Below, piece after piece: positions 56,487 to 64,000 of a stretch of DNA of 64,000 bases. The stretch is from Antechinus flavipes. Lineage: Eukaryota. Location: positions 190,092,001-190,156,000 of the forward strand of contig NC_067401.1 in the NCBI RefSeq assembly GCF_016432865.1, given 5' to 3'. How positions within the stretch are numbered: position 1 is the stretch's first letter; each line of letters opens with the position of its first letter. The notes below the pieces were generated by a model. The model made no database searches. It was not told where the DNA came from and saw only the letters and a list, made by a program, of their open reading frames with translations. Both the position numbers and the translations under genes were made by a program.

Positions 56487-58080
56487 GTCCTTTGAGAATA
56501 GAGGATCCTTTAATTTCCTAAAATTTAGGCCTAAGGTCTGATTCACTCCATTTCATAGACTTTTTGAGAAATCTTCACCTGGTCCCATTCAGAGGGAAGA
56601 GGGGAAGGAAAGTAAGGGCAGAATTAATGATTTAGGAAGGAGTTAGGGTAGAAAACAAATTTGCTTACATCCAAAGTGAGTAACTGCAGGATGAGACTGG
56701 AGGTATAGATTATGCTTTTAAATAAACTAATAAGACAGTTTCAACTCAATGGACTTTTGTGTGTGACAGTGGGAACAGAATGAGCGCCATTAAAATTCTA
56801 TTTCATTCCTGACAAGAGAGCTTGTTAAAGTTGCTGTTCCACATCACACACATGGTCAAAAAGGAGCACATGTACTTGTTAGGTGCTATGTAGTTATTAA
56901 TAAAAATAAACATTATTATATATTAGAGTGCATCCTCAATATAATAAAAAAATGAAGATACAATCTTGAAAATCCCATGGGGCTAAACTGGGTTAAGGGC
57001 CTGAATTATTCCTTGTTAAAGTCTGAAATCCTAACTTTGCTCACCTAGTTCTCCATTTGTGAACATGTATTTTTCTTTTTTTTTAATAGACGGACTTTTT
57101 ATGGATTATAGATTTTTTTTTAAAATTAAGGCTTTTTATTTTTCAAAACATATGCATGGACATTAACATTAGTCCTTGCAAAACCCTGTGTTCCAATTTT
57201 CCCCTTCTTCCCCCACGCCCTCCCCTAGATGGCAAGTAGTCCAATATATGTTAAACATGGTAGAAATATATATTAAATCCATTATATGTATACATATTTA
57301 TGCAATTTTTGTGCTGCACAAGAAAAAAAGAGAAGCAAAATAACATACAAGCAAACAACAAAAAGTGAAAATGCTAAGAACATGTACTTTTGACACCCAA
57401 CTTTTATAGGTCCAAGGGAACAAAAAAGACATCTCACTGCCAACTCTAGCCTGTCTGGCAGGCTAGAAAAGGCTTTCATTTCTTGGGTGGATTCTCACAG
57501 AATCTGCTCACAGAATCTAGCTGCCAGCTACATAAATAGGCCCACGATAAATATACTTGAGCCAGTTGCCCTATACAATTCAGCTAAGTTTTGGTTCCTT
57601 CCTTAACCGTATGTGGGGTCTGAGATCAAACATTTCAGTAACTATTCCTGTTCTGTGCTGTATTTCTTGCTGGTATATTTTCCATAAAGCATGAAGATTC
57701 TCTCATAGAAATGTTAAACTATCTTAAGCAACTGCTATTCAATTAAAAGTTTCTGATAATTCAGCTTTTGAATTCTGACTTTCCTACTTTCCTTGTCTTT
57801 TGCCAAAAAGATACAGGAAATTTTCAAGGAGAAAACCCAAGCTATTTTCAAACCTGGGTTACATATGTACAAAATTTTGGACCTTGGATTGCATGGAACA
57901 CAAAAACAGGGCAGATTTTGTCTGTTGAATCTGTAATTTCTGAACATCCAGTTGTAGAACAAAGAAATAGTATGGGGAGTGTTGATAGTTATGAAATAAA
58001 GAAGTAAACAGAATGAAGTCATCTAAGAAAATTTCATGAAAGAGATGTTTTGAGTCCAGTTTTTGAAAGAAGTCAGACAT

Positions 58081-58237
58081 ATTTAACATGTATAGGACTG
58101 CTTGCCATCTGGGGGAGGGGGTGGAGAGAGGGAGGGAAAAAATCGGAACAGAAGCGAGTGCAAGGGATAATGTTGTAAAAAATTACCCTGGCATGGGTTC
58201 TGTTAATAAAAAGTTATAATTATTAAAAAAAAAAAAA
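58081..58237 (+). mobile_element. LINE-1 extreme 3' end; similar short ends on minus at about 30695-30855, 57115-57380, 61670-61995 and 63225-63400
   Basis: Same 3' UTR motif (gactgcttgccatct..gggg..poly(A)) as the longer copies; aagtcaga on both sides. Confidence 0.8.
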
Positions 58238-58248
58238 GTCAGAAATAT

Positions 58249-58764
58249 TGATGAGGGAAAGATTCCTTTCTTTGTGATTCCCAACCTCCCCTAGTTAATG
58301 TAATTACCCTTTAACTCACAAATCCTGGTCCCTTTGTATTCCAATAGAAGATCTGGACCTGTCCCAACTCCCATCCAAATCTGAGCCAACTTTGGGGTTA
58401 CACCCAAAAGCTCCTCTAGCAAAATCTCTCATTATAAAAGGGACACACTGGAACCCTCTCTTTGCAGAGATTCCAAACATGCTAGTCATGTGAGGATCCT
58501 CTGTCCACTGGACCTTCTGTCCAGTGCCCTCCTTATCTCTACCTTCACCTATCTCCTTATTTCCAAACCCAATAATAAACCTCTTTTATCAATCTAGCTC
58601 AGCCTGATAAATGCCTTTCTTGGGGACTCAAGCCACCTCATTTACTGCTTCATCCTTGCACCGAATCCAGGGGGGTTGCAGGGGAGCTCCATTTGACTCC
58701 CTGTACCCCAAACCTGCCACTAGACCTCAATTTCATTTAGGTACCCCAAATCTAGACCTCAACA
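58249..58764 (+). mobile_element. 516-bp solo LTR, ERV1-type
   Basis: TG...CA ends, 4-bp TSD atat (58245-58248, 58765-58768), tataaaa and aataaa inside. Confidence 0.85.
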
Positions 58765-60969
58765 ATATGAATCAGCACGAAAAGAAATTCATCTGAAGAA
58801 GACTGGCATAGAAGTGAGAATAATGTCATGTTTCCCTCCCTTCTACACCACTACATTCATCATTACATGAACTGTATTTGGTTATGCATCATTCACATCA
58901 TGAAGACATAATAATAGCTAGCTTTATATATGTGTGTGCCAGATACTTTACAATATCTCTAATCCTGAAAAAAATAGCTCTTATTATCCCCATTCTACAG
59001 TTGAGTAAACTGAGGCAGGCAGAGATTAAATGATTTACCCACGGTCAGACAGCTAATAACTAAGGTGGGATTAGAATTCAAGTTTTTCTGACTTTTGACC
59101 CAGCTCTCTATCCATTAGTAAAGGCAGGACACTAAAAGTATTATTGATTTCAAAAGAAGTACATTTCAATCTATTTACTTTATAGCTATAACTTGGAATA
59201 ATAATTTGAACTCAGATCTTCCTGATTTCAGAGCCCTTACTCTATTCACTGATCCAGTTGCCCCAATTGGTTTGTTGTTTTTGCCTTTTATTGATTTCAC
59301 TTAGACAGCAAGGGTCATTATATTTATTTTTCTCCTAGTTGTGCTTACTTCACTTTATCAATTCATATAAAATCTCACATTTTCCAAAATTTCTCAATTT
59401 TGTCCTTTAAGGTATGGAAATCTGAGACTGAAGTTTCAATTGAATGAGATTCCTTCAATGTTGTCACTGACCCCAGGCCTAGATTTCTGGTTGAAAGAGA
59501 CCACTTACTGGTCCTGAACCAATTTTCAGCTCAATAGAGATGTCAGGTTCAGATCTCCAGCTAAATGAGACCATTTATAAATTCGAGCTAAGTAGAGAGT
59601 GGTCCTGAGCCAATCTTAAAAAAAAAAAATCGAAAAAAACCCACTTAACTGCCCTGAAGAGTGGATCTCTGTCAGAGAGGAGTTTCTCAAGAGTTCAAGG
59701 AGAGTTTCTTCCCCTTCCCCCCAGTCAGGACAATTTCAGGGTTCCCTCCACATTCACATAAATCACAGTTTTAAATTTTTAAAATTTAAATTTTCCCAAC
59801 CAATATAGACATCCACTGTTTCCGGTTTCTTTACCACCACAAAAAAGTATTGCTATGACTGCTTTGGATAGTTTGGATGCTTTAGGATGCGCATGGTTTC
59901 TATCTGACCTTCTTGAAATACGTGTCCGTGATTTTGGGGGCACATTTTTCTATATTTTCTATTTTATATGCATATGATACAATGTTTATTTACATAGTGT
60001 TATATATAACATTATTTTTCACTTAAGTAAAAACTGACAGAAGGGGCTAATAATGAATCGGGTCCCCAAATCCCATTCCCATAACGGAACTCGGGCCTTT
60101 TCATCCCTTCCAGGGGAGGGGGCTGCGAGAAGTTACAGCGAAAAGGAGGCGCCAAGTGAAAGGCGAGGACAAAAGAGGTTTTCAGATGGGAGGGGGGAGA
60201 GGGCAGAACTCGAAGGCCTGATGGACCAAGCTCAGGCCTAGATCGTTATTAACGTCTAACCTAAGAATTTAGCGGTTTTTTTTTAAACTCCTCCCAACGG
60301 CGAGCGTCGGTAGGCCTCAGAGGCGGATCCTGGTACGTGCTGTCCCCTCCTCTTCCTCTAGCACACTTCCGCTCTGACTGTGGGGACTTCTCGGGTTTGG
60401 CCTACCAATCTGCCTGTATTTTGGGTGACTTTGTTTTAATCAACAAAAATTCCTTTACAGATTTTCCTTCCAAATAAAAAAGTAGGATTGAAAGAGAAGC
60501 CATTATCAATTTTCCTCTGTTTTCTTTTTTCTTATACTAAAAGAAGAATTGGGAAAGAGGCTTGCGCTTAGTTTAGGCACTGCCTGTGACAGCCTCACGC
60601 TTCAAGGTCTTTTCCCTCCTCGTCCACTTTCCTGAGGCTTTAAATAGCCGTTTCGTTAAGGTTAAAGTCTTTTCTTCTTCATGGCCTCCTCTCGATTTTG
60701 TGATGCAGCCTGGACTTTGTGCCATGGCCGCCGAGCCCGCGCTCGCGATTCAGTCCCCGGCCAATGCTCGGTGGGTTGATCAGGAAGGGAAAATGAGTAG
60801 AATGAGGAGTTTTTCGGCAGTGTAGGCCTTTGGAGCATGGGTTTTTCCCCCCACACTCGGTTGCCACCCGGACCGTGGAAGTGACTAGATCGCTGGTAAG
60901 GCCGCAGCGGTGCGAGGTCGGGGGGGGAGGGGAGGAGGGGGAGAGAGGGGGCGCGGATAACCCAGGAAT

Positions 60970-61045
60970 CTGGACAGGATGATCCTACTTTTACAGACTA
61001 GAGTTTCTGATGTCCTCATGACGTCACCATTTGGAACTGATCCAG
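60970..61045 (+). ncRNA. C/D box snoRNA, SNORD52-like paralogue
   Basis: Stem ctgga/tccag; C box AGGATGA (60976-60982); guide CAGACTAGAGT (60994-61004); D' CTGA (61007); C'-like ATGACGT; D CTGA (61037-61040). Confidence 0.75.
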
Positions 61046-61218
61046 CCTCAAAAAAGGGAAAAAGGGATTCCTGGTTTCCCTTCTTTGCTCCTCAGGTTTA
61101 ACTTTGCTTTCTTCTAGGACTTAGGACCCACGCAACAGAGGGCACCCGTAGGTAAGTGACCAGGTGTAAAGGGGATAGGGGATTTCCTAGTTGGGATAGG
61201 GTAGTATGATTCCTTGAT

Positions 61219-61284
61219 TGGCATGATGACCCTAGAGTGGATCTGAGTATCTCCTTGATGCTACTACCGCAGCGCTCTGACTCT
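61219..61284 (+). ncRNA. SNORD48: C/D box snoRNA U48
   Basis: C box ATGATGA at 61223-61229; guide ACCGCAGCGCT directly before D box CTGA at 61277-61280, as recalled for human U48. Confidence 0.88.
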
Positions 61285-62176
61285 TGGTTGGGATTAGGGT
61301 GACATGGAACCCTCTAATTTTTGATAATTCTCTGAATACTTTTTTTTTTTCCCTCCTCTGGCTCCTACCTTCATAATCCATGGTAGGGAATTTAAGCAAC
61401 AGATTCTACTTCAACACAGGAAAGGTAAGTGCTCTGTAGATCTGTGGGAAGCTATGAGTGTTTTCTTTTTTTTTTTTTTTAGTTGAAAATTATCCTGCTT
61501 TTAATTTAATTTAATTAATCTTTTTGCTTTCAAAAAGAAGGTTCTTTAGCTTCTTGTTCTCCATGGTCACATGGACTTGTGTTATACATAACTTAGAGGT
61601 CATTACCTTCTGACTCTCTTTTCATACATATCCTTTCTTTTTGAAAGGAGTATACAATGCCTTTTTTTATTTGAAGTTTTTTATTTTCAAAACATGCAAG
61701 GATAATTTCTTTCAACATTGATCCTTGAAAGACCTTATATTTCAATTTTTCCTCCCCCCCCCCCCACTATCCCTTGCCCTATATGGCATATAGTGCAATA
61801 TATGTTAAACATGGTAAAAATATGTTAACTCCAGAATAGGCATACATATTTTTACAATTGTCTTACACAAAAAAAGTCTGATTTAAAAAATGAGAAAAAT
61901 CAATTCAAACAAACAGCAAAAAGAGTGAAATACTATATTGTAGTCCACCCTCAGTTCCCACAGTCCTCTCTCTGGGTATAGATGGCTCTCATCATCACCA
62001 TATCCACATTGCCTTTTTTTCCTTTAACCAGGCTCTACAAATGGAGACTTTCTTGACACTTCTCTCGCAATGCTATTTTCTCCCATTTTCAAGTGACGTA
62101 GCATTCTCTTCATGCCATTTTTGTGTTCCCAGAATCATTTCCATCCAAGGCCTGCTTCTCTAATGTTCCTAAAAAT

Positions 62177-62246
62177 TGGGAATGATGAGTTTTCAGACTA
62201 GAGTCTCTGACACATGCATTGGAGACAAGAAAACCACTCTGACCCA
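62177..62246 (+). ncRNA. SNORD52: C/D box snoRNA U52
   Basis: Stem tggg/ccca; C box ATGATGA at 62182-62188; guide CAGACTAGAGTC complementary to 28S GACUCUAGUCUG; D' at 62207; D at 62239-62242. Confidence 0.9.
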
Positions 62247-63436
62247 TCCTAGGAATTTGAGGCCTTGGGATTGTAGGGTAGGCAGGGAGACATATTCCTG
62301 GGTCCTTTATCTTATCTTGTCCTGTGAGTGTCATTGGGTAGGAATAACTAATAACTTAGTTATGGAACTAGTAATTCCTGTTATAAAATTCTTATGAGTT
62401 CCCACACTGTTTAGAGAACTGAATTTCTGGGACTTTGATAAAGTGGAGATGAAGATTCTCATTTTATTGCTCTCATTTTTCTTTCAAAAGTATTGGTTTG
62501 TAGCACCTATTAGTAAAGGTGCAAGGTAGCATGATGGGATTAGTATTATTACAGAGGCACAAAAAATTCAAGATTTGAGATCAGGCATGATCTGCTTGAA
62601 TTTTCTTCTGAAAGTGGCTTTGCAGCTTCTGTCTAGAAAGCAATTCCCACTTGTACCTACTTTGCATGTTATACTTGGTTTACCCACTTAAGTATTTTGC
62701 TAACAAACAGAATTGGGAATGTGTATGTTGGGGAAAGGGGAGGAAGGAAAAGTTGGAAATAATCACTAATTGTTTTATGGATTTTTAGGGTCCTCATCTT
62801 GTTTGTGGTACAGTGTTGCAGATGTTTCAGATCCAAGAAACCAAGAGTTTTTCTACGTGGATCACTGCTCAAATTGGGTGGCAAGCAAACAGTTGGATGT
62901 TTGTTTTTTTTTTTCTTTTATTCAATCTCTTGTTTTTTGTATTGAAGTAAAGTTTTTATAAGACCTGCCAGCTTCCTTGTTTTGTTTTTTGATATTTTTG
63001 TTATACCAATTATTTCCCACTGTAACTTCTATCTTCCTATAATAGCAGAATTTTGAATTGCCAACATTGTTCAATGAGTCCTTTGCAGGAACTTTTAAGA
63101 AAGATTAATCATACTTAGAGTGTAATATTTTAGTGAATGAATAATGTAAATTAATGATTTTTAAATCAATGTGGATTGTTTTTCAGTAAGGGAATTTTTT
63201 TCTCCTTGTATTTTATTATTTTTTAATAGTAGTTTTTTATTGACAGAACATATGTGGATAATTTTTACAACATTGTCCCTTGCACTGTTACAATTTTTCC
63301 CCTCCCTCCTTCCATCTCCTCCCCTAGATGGCAGGTAGTCTTATACATGCTAAACATGTTAAGCTATATCCTAGATACAATATATGTGTGCAGATCTGTA
63401 CAATTTTCCATCAAAAAATGATGAATATAGGAATAG

Positions 63437-63664
<228 letters not shown>

Positions 63665-64000
63665 TAGACTTGGAAAAGTTGGCCAGTGATTTTGCAGATA
63701 ACTAAGGGACTTGGCCCTAGCAAAAGATTCATTGCTGCTTGCACTGTGGCCAAAAAAAAAAGATCTTCTAGAACATCGTGGTTTCACAAGTTATGAAGAA
63801 TATAAGGAAATAAGTGATTCTGGGGATGGGAATGCATTTCTTCTGGGTAGGGAATTCCCTTTTTCTTGGGAATTCCTTGGGATAAGTGTTAGAGAATTAA
63901 TACTTAAGGTACTCTATTGATAACACTTGTTATATGTATCAAGTAGGTAAACTATAATCTTCATTCTTCACAATTCAGTTGTGTCAGGTAGCATTTAGAG

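Larger units (their letters stand above)
60780..62400 (+). ncRNA. SNHG32: snoRNA host gene SNHG32 (C6orf48) orthologue; TSS and 3' end not determined
   Basis: CpG-rich promoter; short exons ending 60895 (|gtaagg), 61118-61151 (|gtaagt), about 61387-61424 (|gtaagt), from 62032; C/D snoRNAs in the introns; syntenic downstream of HSPA1. Confidence 0.7.

Noticed and set aside
60053-60360. CpG-rich patch as an HSPA1B promoter remnant
   Set aside because: No in-register HSE and no Hsp70 coding trace; more likely part of the SNHG32 upstream or divergent promoter.

Overview
Mammalian MHC class III segment. The SINE and L1 3' ends look marsupial, probably dasyurid (inference). Gene order is VWA7 (5' end, minus), VARS1 (minus, 29 coding exons, 1264 aa), LSM2 (minus, 5 coding exons, 95 aa), HSPA1L (minus), one HSPA1A-type gene (plus), about 13 kb of L2/LTR/ERV debris, then an SNHG32-like snoRNA host. 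Main signal: the two head-to-head Hsp70 genes form a 1655-bp inverted repeat with only 2 mismatches in my line-by-line comparison. It starts exactly at both ATGs, ends at codon 552, and surrounds a 1597-bp spacer holding both promoters; no HSPA1B-position copy is present. Other notable items: a second SNORD52-like snoRNA, an in-frame 66-nt copy of VARS1 exon 25 inside intron 23, a two-subfamily L1 insertion within one 16-bp TSD, an internally deleted L1, and an ATG-initiated PSMC2 retro-fragment. Comparisons with human proteins and snoRNAs are from memory, not database searches.
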